A stretch of DNA of 64,000 nt from Candidatus Bathyarchaeota archaeon (lineage in GTDB: Archaea; Thermoproteota; CALKCG01; B24; DRYS01), in assembly GCA_018396535.1 (NCBI GenBank), contig JAGTQC010000005.1, positions 32,001 to 96,000 of the forward strand. Reading direction: 5' to 3'. Below are positions 10,202-18,600 of the stretch, piece after piece (the first letter of the stretch is position 1; every line of letters begins with the position of its first letter). The position numbers were made by a program, and so were the translations under genes. The notes below the pieces were generated by a model. It worked only from the letters and a program-made list of their open reading frames with translations. It did no database searches and was not told where the DNA came from.

Positions 10202-10304
10202 ATTATTGGTTTTAGTAGAGTGGGAGGGAAAAATAACTCTTAACGTTCGATCCAGTTTTAGTTTTTCAGGCTTCTACTGTTAAGCTTTGTATCGATGTAT
10301 TCCC

Positions 10305-10601
10305 TCAGCTTTTAGGTCTCGCTATCACTATATCGATGGTGGATACGTTACTCTTTCTTCCGTCTTGACTTATAAGCTCTTGTGTTCCTATACTTATGGA
10401 TTTAATCTCGAGATCCTTAAGGAAGGATCTCCTTATCAATTCGACGACATCTACCGCTTTAGATATGGCTCTACCCCTAGCCTTCACGGTTATACTATCT
10501 GCTCCGCTATTGAATATCGTCATACAAGCGACGACGTAATTCATTACAGGCTTCTTACCTACTAAGACGACGTTCTCCTGAGCTGAAGACATATCCAGCA
10601 C
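10305..10601 (-). CDS. albA: Chromatin/RNA-binding protein Alba
   Basis: [10 protein letters not shown] and [13 protein letters not shown] motifs. Confidence 0.97.
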   Translation of the reverse strand: MLDMSSAQENVVLVGKKPVMNYVVACMTIFNSGADSITVKARGRAISKAVDVVELIRRSFLKDLEIKSISIGTQELISQDGRKSNVSTIDIVIARPKS

Positions 10602-10703
10602 CTTCCCTGCTTATCCCTACGATCTTCGCTGAAACCTAAGATTAAAAGCAACTCCTTATATACTTTTCTATCGTAATCATATAGATCGAGTATACGTGGT
10701 GTC

Positions 10704-12257
10704 ATGGATATGAGTGATCTACATAATGTTATAGGTTATACCACTAGCCTGTGCCCTGAATGTCTCAGGATACTGGATGCTGAGATATATGAGAAGGAGG
10801 GAAAGGTATGGATAAGTAAGGAGTGTCCTGAGCATGGTGTTTTCGATGACTTATACTGGGGTAGCTATGAACAGTATAAGAGGGCTCAAAAGTATTTTTG
10901 GCATGGACGTCCTGTAGATAATCCGCAAGTAAACGTCGATAAACCTGTATGTCCGTTTAGCTGTGGTCTATGTAGTATGCATATAGGACATACAGCTCTC
11001 GCTAACATAGTCGTTACGAATAGATGCGACCTCTCATGCTGGTACTGCTTCTTCTATGCTGAGAAGGCTGGCTATGTATATGAGCCTAGTTTAGAACAGA
11101 TAAGAAGTATGGTTCGAGTATTAAGGAGTGAGAAGCCTATACCCTGTAACGCTGTTCAACTTACAGGTGGTGAACCAGCGCTTAGGGATGATCTACCCGA
11201 TATAATAAGGGTTATAAGAGAGGAGGGGGTGGAGCATGTACAGGTTAATACAGATGGTATAAGACTTGCTTTAGATCCAGATCTAGCTAGTGTATGGCGT
11301 AGAGCTGGTGCGAATACTATATATCTAAGCTATGATGGCCCGGATCGCGAAACTAATCCTAAAAACTATCTTGAAGCACCTAAGGCTATAGAGAATTGTC
11401 GTAGATGCGGGTTTACCAGCATAGTCCTAGTCCCCACGGTTATAAAGACTGTGAACGATCATATCGTCGGTGGTATAGTGAGGTATGCTATCGAGAATAT
11501 GGATGTAGTTAGGGGGGTTAATTTCCAGCCGGTTTCACTAGTAGGTAGAATGCCTAGGAGTGAAAGGATGAAATATAGGATAACGATACCCGATCTGCTT
11601 GAAGAGTTATCAGATCAGCTTGACGGTGTAGTTACACCTGAAGATTTCTATCCTGTTCCCGCATGTATGCCTATAAGCTGGTTTGTAGAAGCTTTATCGG
11701 GTAGACCTAGATACGAATTATCTTCACATTTCGCGTGTGGTATGGCTACATATGTATTTAAAGATGGGGGGAAGCTTATACCGCTACCTAGATTCTTCGA
11801 TATCGATGGATTCCTAGAGTATCTCCTAGAATCTACAGATAGAATAAAGAAGGGTCGATCTAGATTATTCGAAGGATTCAAGCTTCTGTTTAAGCTTAGC
11901 TCGTTTATAGATAAGGATAAGGCACCCAGATATGTTAACATCGCTAGACTAGTTTTCAATATATTCGTCATGAGGAACTATTCTGCTCTAGCTGATTTCC
12001 ACTATAAAACTCTCTTTATAGGTATGATGCATTTTCAAGACCTATATAACTATGATATAGAGCGTGTGAAGAGGTGTGTGATACACTATACACTTCCGGA
12101 TGGAAGGGTGGTGCCATTCTGTGCGTTTAATGTTATACCTCAGCTGTATAGGGATAGTGTTCAAAGGATGTATGGGCTACCGATCGATGAGTGGGAGAGG
12201 ATTAAGGGTAGGCGTATAAGAGAGGATTTCTATCGCAGGGTAGAGGTTTCGGTGTGA
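10704..12257 (+). CDS. tes: Radical SAM tetraether lipid synthase (Tes / GDGT-MAS, MJ0619 family)
   Basis: N-terminal SLCPEC..CPEHG, CPFSCGLC..H cluster, CDLSCWYC radical SAM motif, C-terminal MHFQDLYNYD..RVKRC..H...PFC. Confidence 0.88.
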   Translation: MDMSDLHNVIGYTTSLCPECLRILDAEIYEKEGKVWISKECPEHGVFDDLYWGSYEQYKRAQKYFWHGRPVDNPQVNVDKPVCPFSCGLCSMHIGHTALANIVVTNRCDLSCWYCFFYAEKAGYVYEPSLEQIRSMVRVLRSEKPIPCNAVQLTGGEPALRDDLPDIIRVIREEGVEHVQVNTDGIRLALDPDLASVWRRAGANTIYLSYDGPDRETNPKNYLEAPKAIENCRRCGFTSIVLVPTVIKTVNDHIVGGIVRYAIENMDVVRGVNFQPVSLVGRMPRSERMKYRITIPDLLEELSDQLDGVVTPEDFYPVPACMPISWFVEALSGRPRYELSSHFACGMATYVFKDGGKLIPLPRFFDIDGFLEYLLESTDRIKKGRSRLFEGFKLLFKLSSFIDKDKAPRYVNIARLVFNIFVMRNYSALADFHYKTLFIGMMHFQDLYNYDIERVKRCVIHYTLPDGRVVPFCAFNVIPQLYRDSVQRMYGLPIDEWERIKGRRIREDFYRRVEVSV

Positions 12258-12356
12258 TGGGTATGCAATTATAATTGTACTAACACTTTTTATACTATTG
12301 TATCTGTATTTCTTCCATACGTAAATTAAATATAGTAGATCGTATCCATACTGTAC

Positions 12357-13430
12357 TTGGATAAAGCTATGGCTACAGAGTATCGCAAAATTCAGTTGAT
12401 AGGTGGATCCTCCTATGCTGTAACCCTACCTAAGGATTGGGTTTCGGAAGTTAAGTTGAGGCCTGGAGATTTCGTAACTATACAAAAGCAATCTGATCTA
12501 TCCCTCCTTCTAGTACCTCAGAAGACTGGGAAGCCTGTGGAGCAAGCTTATGGTGAAGCTATCGTCGAGGTTAACGATGTCACCGATATGGAGCGTATAT
12601 ATAGGATGATAGTGGGCTTCTATCTTGTCGGTTATCGAACTATAAGAGTGAAGTTTACTAGGAGATGTTCTGAAGCTAGGAATAAGCTTGTAGAATTTAT
12701 ACGTAAGAAGCTTCTAGGTGTAGAGGTTGTTGAAGAGAGGGTTGATGAAATTGCTCTACAGACGTTTATAGAGTTTAGAGAGTTCCCATCTATAAAATTA
12801 GTAACCAGAATGATGACTATAACTCAATCTATGTTGACTGATGCTATACAGGCGTTATTCGATTTGGATGCAGAGCTTTCTAGAGATATAATAGAGAGGG
12901 ATGATAGCGTAGATAGGCTATACCTCCTATCGGTTAGACAGCTTAAGAGAGCTGTAGAAGATCGGAATATATTGAGGGAGCTGGAGATAAAGGATTTCAG
13001 GCATGTATTAGGGTATAGATTGATAGCTAAGAGTATCGAGAGGGCTGCGGATCATGCTGCTAGGATAGCTGAAGTATCTGCTAAACTACATGAACATGTA
13101 ATCGATAGTCTTCGCCTAGTGATAGTTGAGTTAGCAAAGTATGCTAATACGATGTTAGAGAATTCTTGGAGAGCATTGGTTAAGATGGATATGGATCTCG
13201 CTAACGATGTTATATCTAATAGGAAGAAGATATTATCGATGGTGGAGGAGGCTTCATACATAGTCTTGGAGAATTATAAGGATACTAAAACCGTGATGAA
13301 TCTAGGTCTGGTATTAGAGAGTTTGAAACGTATAACGGAGTATGCTTGCGATATCGCTGAGATAGTTATAAATCTTGCTATAGGAAATAGGGATAGACTT
13401 AGGATAGGTAAACCAGTAGAGGAGCGTTAG
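12357..13430 (+). CDS. phoU: AbrB-PhoU phosphate uptake regulator
   Basis: RKIQLIGGSSYAVTLPKDW AbrB domain and two PhoU repeats (DDSVDRLY, ERAADHA). Confidence 0.92.
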   Translation: MDKAMATEYRKIQLIGGSSYAVTLPKDWVSEVKLRPGDFVTIQKQSDLSLLLVPQKTGKPVEQAYGEAIVEVNDVTDMERIYRMIVGFYLVGYRTIRVKFTRRCSEARNKLVEFIRKKLLGVEVVEERVDEIALQTFIEFREFPSIKLVTRMMTITQSMLTDAIQALFDLDAELSRDIIERDDSVDRLYLLSVRQLKRAVEDRNILRELEIKDFRHVLGYRLIAKSIERAADHAARIAEVSAKLHEHVIDSLRLVIVELAKYANTMLENSWRALVKMDMDLANDVISNRKKILSMVEEASYIVLENYKDTKTVMNLGLVLESLKRITEYACDIAEIVINLAIGNRDRLRIGKPVEER

Positions 13431-13498
13431 ACTCTATACTAAGCTCCATGTCTAATCTTTATTAGGAGGATCAACTCTATCCTCTCCTTGAATAGTAT

Positions 13499-13575
13499 AG
13501 CGGGGTGGGGTAGCCAGGAAACCCGCCGGGCTCATAACCCGGAGATCCCTGGTTCAAATCCAGGCCCCGCTACCA
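13499..13575 (+). tRNA. tRNA-iMet: Initiator tRNA-Met (CAT), CCA encoded
   Basis: Cloverleaf with AGCGGGG/CCCCGCT acceptor stem (A1-U72), anticodon arm CCGGG-CTCATAA-CCCGG with three G-C pairs, TTCAAAT T-loop, 3' ACCA. Confidence 0.97.
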
Positions 13576-14562
13576 TTATAATACCGATTCTAGACCCATA
13601 TTCTCCAGTATCCCTTTTAGACGCTTCTTATCCTCATCCTTTAAATCGAGTAGAGGTAATCTAACTCTTCCACCTCTAAGTCCTATAATATCCATAGCTG
13701 CTTTTATAATTGCGTAAACCATATACCCTTGTATGTATGGTGGTGGAAGTATGGATGTTGTAGGTCCATACTTTACGTTCATCTCTGTTATAAACTCCTC
13801 TAGTATGGATATCTTCTCTAGGAACTCGGTGAGCTTAGAGAAATCCTTCGAATTACCTGCTTTCAATATTTCGAACGATACTTCTGGCATGAAGTTAGCG
13901 TAGCCGGAGATATAACCTTTAGCTCCAAGTAGTACTGTAGATATATACCACCATTCTCCTCTACCCTGGATGATAGGTATCTTACTACCTACTGCTTTAA
14001 CCTGCTCGTAGAACGTTGCTATATGGGGTGTATTCTCTTTAACTCCGATTATGTTCGGTATCTCTGATACTATACGCTTCATAAGCCGTGGGTTGATATA
14101 TATTTTGGAGACATCTGGGTTGTTATATATTAGTAATCCTATATTTATCGATGTAGCTATCTCCTTATAGTATCTTATAAGCCCCTCCTCTCCAGGTATA
14201 TGGTAGTATGGTAGGACAACCATGACGCCGTCTGCTCCTATATCTTCTGCGTACCTAGAGATTTCGATCGTCCATTTCGCTCCAGCTCTCATTGTTCCAG
14301 CTATCACAGGGATTTTACCACCAGCTATATCGACTACAGTCGATATAACCTTCCTCCGCTCTTCATCGTTTAGAGCATAGAATTCACCTGTACTACCTGT
14401 AGGTACTAGGACCATGGGGCCTAGATGCCTCTTCTCTACGAGAAACTCTGTATTAATCTTCAATCCTTCTAGATCTAGGCTTTCATCACTTCTGAATGGT
14501 GTTATCTGTACGATTAGGAGAGCCCCCTGGTTTAGATAATCTCGAAGCTTTTCATATTCCAT
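13576..14562 (-). CDS. DapA/NanA-family class I aldolase (DHDPS-like)
   Basis: TPF, GSTGEF, PYY, IYNNP and GVKE (Schiff-base Lys) motifs. Confidence 0.88.
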   Translation of the reverse strand: MEYEKLRDYLNQGALLIVQITPFRSDESLDLEGLKINTEFLVEKRHLGPMVLVPTGSTGEFYALNDEERRKVISTVVDIAGGKIPVIAGTMRAGAKWTIEISRYAEDIGADGVMVVLPYYHIPGEEGLIRYYKEIATSINIGLLIYNNPDVSKIYINPRLMKRIVSEIPNIIGVKENTPHIATFYEQVKAVGSKIPIIQGRGEWWYISTVLLGAKGYISGYANFMPEVSFEILKAGNSKDFSKLTEFLEKISILEEFITEMNVKYGPTTSILPPPYIQGYMVYAIIKAAMDIIGLRGGRVRLPLLDLKDEDKKRLKGILENMGLESVL

Positions 14563-14610
14563 TGCGGATCGACCTATACTCGTCTGCTTGATCGACTTTA
14601 AGATCAGTAT

Positions 14611-16458
14611 CTATTTAAAACTTTTGAATCCTATTAGCTCCATATACGGTATGCCTAGAGAGCTAAGGTATATCCTATGGAAATCTGGATCAACTGCTAT
14701 CTCCACATACTTTACGCGTCTAGCTATATCTATAGCCTTATTCATCTCGTCGTTATTTTTCAGGATTAGCCTAGCACCTGAGCCTGCGGTATTACCTAGG
14801 AATACCACTCTATCTGATGGTATATCTGGAATTAATCCTATAATCTTCGCGCTTTCAGGATTGATATATGTACCGAAAGCTCCAGCTACTAGAACTTTAC
14901 TTAGATCCTCCACTCTTGCTCCATAATGCTTTAACAGTATGAGCCACCCGGTTTCTATAGCTGCCTTCGCCTTCTGCACCTCTCTCACATCCCTCTGTGA
15001 TATAACTATATCTTCACCTATAGCCGTCTCCTCAGACCATGCTAGTATGAATTCACGTCCAGTAGCTGTACTTCTAATCCTAGGATTACTTGTACGATCG
15101 GTTATCGCTCCTCTAGAGTCTATTACACCTACGCGATACATTTCAGCTACAGCATCTATTATACCTGAGCCGCATATCCCTCGAGGTTTAACAGAGCCTA
15201 TAGTCGTATACTCTACGTTCAACCCGTTGCTAGATATCTTTACCCTTTCTATAGCTCCCTCTACCGCCTTCATACCGTATCTTATCTCCATCCCCTCGAA
15301 AGCTGGGCCTGAAGCTGCTGAGCAGCATAGGAGTAGATTTCTATCGCCTAGGACTATCTCAGTATTAGTTCCTATATCTAGTAGCAAGGTTAACTCATCA
15401 GATTCGTATATTCTAGAAGCTAGTATATCCGCTACGGCGTCTGCACCTACGAAGCCTGCTATATTCGGTGGGCTGTATATATATGCGGATTTATTAACGT
15501 TCAAACCTAGTGTCGAAGCTTTAGCTTTGATAGGATGGACGGATACAGCTGGGTATGGTGAATATACCAGACTTGTTGGATCTATACCGTAGAATATATG
15601 ATGCATCGCTGTATTACCTACTAGAGTAACCTTATATATCGAGTTTTGATCTACACCTATCATACGGCATATACTCGATACTAGATCGTTTATAGCATCT
15701 ACGACTATGATCCTTAGCTTCTCAAGATTCTCCTCAGATTCGAGTATGTATGAGATGCGTGATACTATATCCTCCCCATAGGCGATCTGAGGATTAACAA
15801 TCCCATCCCCGTATAGAGTCTCTCCTGTCGATAAATCCACTATGAATGCTGCTATCTTTGTCGATCCTAGATCTATCGCAAGTCCATATAGACTGCTCCT
15901 AGTATCTCCTCCATCTATATCTATCACCTCTTCTCCATCGATTGTCACTGTTATCCCCATATACTTTAAAGCTTTAGGTAGCTTTCTTAGAGCTTCTAAT
16001 GAGAACGATGAGATGTTAAACCCGAGCTTCGTAAGAGCTTCTCTTACTATACTCTCGTATGGCTTTACGTTTTCGAGCGTAGGCTTATCGATCTTTAGGT
16101 AGACCTTCATAATCCCAGGTTTAGCTTCTACGCTAGGTTCGTATCCGATTATCGAGAGTCTCTGTTTTACTAGTGAAGCTCTATTCTGCATGACATCTAC
16201 AATAGTATCTCCTATCAGCTTAGCTTGGCAAGCTAGTCTGAAGCCTGAGTCTATCATTCTATCAAGATGTTTCTTCTCAGCTTCTGTGGGGGCTGTTAAG
16301 CTATCTTTAACGATCCTAACTCTGCATTTGCCACATATACCTCTACCTCCGCATATAGCTGGAAGTTGTATAGATGCTCTTCTCAAAGCTTCGAGTAGCG
16401 TCAGCTCGGTATCCACCTGTATTCTTAAACCATCTGGTAGGATTGTAACTATAGGCAA
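14611..16458 (-). CDS. RACo-type ATP-dependent reductive activator of corrinoid proteins (2Fe-2S + ASKHA / DUF4445)
   Basis: CGGRGICGKC..RLACQ ferredoxin; DLGSTK, GNTAM, DIGTN, GPAFEG, GICGSG, AKAAI and AGAFG motifs. Confidence 0.93.
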   Translation of the reverse strand: MPIVTILPDGLRIQVDTELTLLEALRRASIQLPAICGGRGICGKCRVRIVKDSLTAPTEAEKKHLDRMIDSGFRLACQAKLIGDTIVDVMQNRASLVKQRLSIIGYEPSVEAKPGIMKVYLKIDKPTLENVKPYESIVREALTKLGFNISSFSLEALRKLPKALKYMGITVTIDGEEVIDIDGGDTRSSLYGLAIDLGSTKIAAFIVDLSTGETLYGDGIVNPQIAYGEDIVSRISYILESEENLEKLRIIVVDAINDLVSSICRMIGVDQNSIYKVTLVGNTAMHHIFYGIDPTSLVYSPYPAVSVHPIKAKASTLGLNVNKSAYIYSPPNIAGFVGADAVADILASRIYESDELTLLLDIGTNTEIVLGDRNLLLCCSAASGPAFEGMEIRYGMKAVEGAIERVKISSNGLNVEYTTIGSVKPRGICGSGIIDAVAEMYRVGVIDSRGAITDRTSNPRIRSTATGREFILAWSEETAIGEDIVISQRDVREVQKAKAAIETGWLILLKHYGARVEDLSKVLVAGAFGTYINPESAKIIGLIPDIPSDRVVFLGNTAGSGARLILKNNDEMNKAIDIARRVKYVEIAVDPDFHRIYLSSLGIPYMELIGFKSFK

Positions 16459-16475
16459 ACCGGTATCATCCTCTC

Positions 16476-17399
16476 CTACTCTATAAACTCTACATCATCT
16501 ATTATCCCGTCTGAATCCGTATCTAAACCTCTAACGATCCTGCATTTAACTCTACGATCATGCATGTTCCCTTCCATAGCCTTATCCGTATACCTTATGA
16601 AACCTACTATAGCTGCTCTAGTTCCTCTAAATCCTTTACCAGCTAGGACTAGGATGACCCTACCCTTCGAGAAGGGGTTCTCTATCCTAGCTATAAGTCC
16701 TATATGCTTCTCTAGGTATCTTCTACCGGATAACGGGGAGTATATAGTCCAATCCTTAAGATCTTCTGAATACTCGAAGTATACTGGTAGGAAACGGTTA
16801 ACTTCATCTGTTAGCATATTCGATTTAGGTCCTCCAACTAGTATTAGATTACCGTTTTTATCCTCTGTTTTAACTTGTGTATCTAATTTATACGCTATAT
16901 CTACGCTCTTATTCAGAAACGATCCCAGAAATAATGCTAGATCTATAGCCGAATATCCATCTGAGGCTGCGTATCCATAGCGTCCATGAGGATCTGGGCT
17001 ACCTATAACTATCAGAGCGTTGAATAATCCATCTTCTATGAATGGGTGTAGAGCTGGTATAGCTTCGATCCTATGGAAGGATAGTCTACCTACAGGCTTC
17101 ACTCCGGGTGGTAGTATGAGTATACCTGAAGGATTCAATCTGTATACTTTACATCTACGTCCATCTACATCCTCTAGCGTCCACTCGATTATACCTGCTT
17201 CTATTAGACGCTTTATATGGTAGGATAGTCTCTGTATTGTTAGGGATAAGCTTCTACTTAGATCTGATAGAGTATACGGTTTAACGGATAGCTCCTCCAC
17301 TATTTTAAGCGATATATCTGTACCTAGTATTTTCATAGTTTTAGGGTTATCTATAACCCTGCACTGGTAGATCCTACCATCGTTATCCACTACATACAT
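16476..17399 (-). CDS. ArsR-like wHTH protein with C-terminal alpha/beta domain (LVGGPxxN motif)
   Basis: wHTH (LSDLSRSL..QRLSYHIKRLIEAGII) followed by VIGSPDPHG, NLILVGGPKSN and terminal DTDSDG. Confidence 0.7.
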   Translation of the reverse strand: MYVVDNDGRIYQCRVIDNPKTMKILGTDISLKIVEELSVKPYTLSDLSRSLSLTIQRLSYHIKRLIEAGIIEWTLEDVDGRRCKVYRLNPSGILILPPGVKPVGRLSFHRIEAIPALHPFIEDGLFNALIVIGSPDPHGRYGYAASDGYSAIDLALFLGSFLNKSVDIAYKLDTQVKTEDKNGNLILVGGPKSNMLTDEVNRFLPVYFEYSEDLKDWTIYSPLSGRRYLEKHIGLIARIENPFSKGRVILVLAGKGFRGTRAAIVGFIRYTDKAMEGNMHDRRVKCRIVRGLDTDSDGIIDDVEFIE

Positions 17400-17444
17400 A
17401 TGGATCGCTCTACAGTTTAGAGTTTATAATGATGGTATTAGAAC

Positions 17445-18470
17445 TTAAGGTTTAACTATAACTTTAATAGGGTTTCTAAGCTCTCTCTTTAGAGCTTGCT
17501 CCACCTTATCTAGCGTTATCCTATGCGTTATCAGCTTATCTACATCTATACTTCTAGAAGCTATCATCGATATAGCTCTACCCATAGAGTATGGGTTTAT
17601 GAAGCTTCCGAGTATAGCTAGTTCGTATCTATACAGGATGTAGGGGTTTACGTACGCCTTATCCTCTTCTGGAGCTACACCGAATACAAGGATCCTTCCT
17701 CCTCGGCCGATTATCCTTAAAGCCTCCTCTAGATATCGAGCTCCACCGACGGCTTCTATTACTACATCTACTCCTAAACCCGCTGTCTCCCTATGTACGA
17801 CCTCCTGTAGATCCTCCTCGATCGGATCTACCACTATATCTGCTCCTAGTTCAGCTGCTAGTTTTCTTCTAGATTCTATAGGCTCTGAGACTATAGTAAG
17901 TACTGCTCCTAAAAGCTTAGCTAGCTGTAGGTGTATGAGACCTATAGGTCCAGCTCCTATTATCGCAGCTGTGAATCCAGGTTTCGGTGATATCCTATCC
18001 CAACCGTGTATGCAGCAGCTAACTGGTTCTACGAGAGCAGCTTCATCGAATGATATGCTACCTGGAATCCTATAGGTTTGGTTAGCCGGTACGCTGATAT
18101 ACTCTGCAAAGGCTCCATCTCTAACGACGCCTATCGGAGTCCACTCTAAGCATAAATGTATTCTTCCAGATCTACAGTATACGCATCGACCGCATACTAT
18201 GGTTGGATCGGCTACTACCCTATCGCCTACAGATATATACTTCGATGCCTCTCTACCTACCTCTACTACTCTACCTGAGAATTCGTGTCCAGGGATTATA
18301 GGGTATCTAGCTATCCCAGCCTTCCCCTCATATATATGTACATCTGTACCGCATACACCGCATGATTCTACTCTAATCAATACATCACATGGGCCTATAC
18401 TAGGTTGGTCTACATCGATTATCCTAAGGGAGAATGGTGCATCTATACGTGCAGCCTTCGTAGCTATCAC
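17445..18470 (-). CDS. Zn-dependent polyol/threonine dehydrogenase-like MDR
   Basis: CGTD, GHEFSG, CGRCVYCRSG..LC structural Zn and GAGPIG motifs. Confidence 0.92.
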   Translation of the reverse strand: MIATKAARIDAPFSLRIIDVDQPSIGPCDVLIRVESCGVCGTDVHIYEGKAGIARYPIIPGHEFSGRVVEVGREASKYISVGDRVVADPTIVCGRCVYCRSGRIHLCLEWTPIGVVRDGAFAEYISVPANQTYRIPGSISFDEAALVEPVSCCIHGWDRISPKPGFTAAIIGAGPIGLIHLQLAKLLGAVLTIVSEPIESRRKLAAELGADIVVDPIEEDLQEVVHRETAGLGVDVVIEAVGGARYLEEALRIIGRGGRILVFGVAPEEDKAYVNPYILYRYELAILGSFINPYSMGRAISMIASRSIDVDKLITHRITLDKVEQALKRELRNPIKVIVKP

Positions 18471-18600
18471 CTCTCTACATGACCCAGTATGGCTAATATA
18501 GGGTATTTTAATCCTGCTATATCCATGAGATCCCTTTATCCTTGAGGTCTACATATATAGGAAAAGGTTATATGCCTATCTGGTTTTCTATTGAAGGACG

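Noticed and set aside
10202-10307. Possible TGA read-through or selenocysteine extension of Alba
   Set aside because: Alba is already full length, the extension stops again after 12 codons, and no SECIS-like element is evident.
14939-15592. 217-aa plus-strand ORF, and similar long antisense ORFs at 32235-32819, 40637-41122, 58058-58729 and 62651-63259
   Set aside because: They lie opposite confidently identified genes and have the Ser/Ile/Pro-rich composition typical of shadow ORFs.
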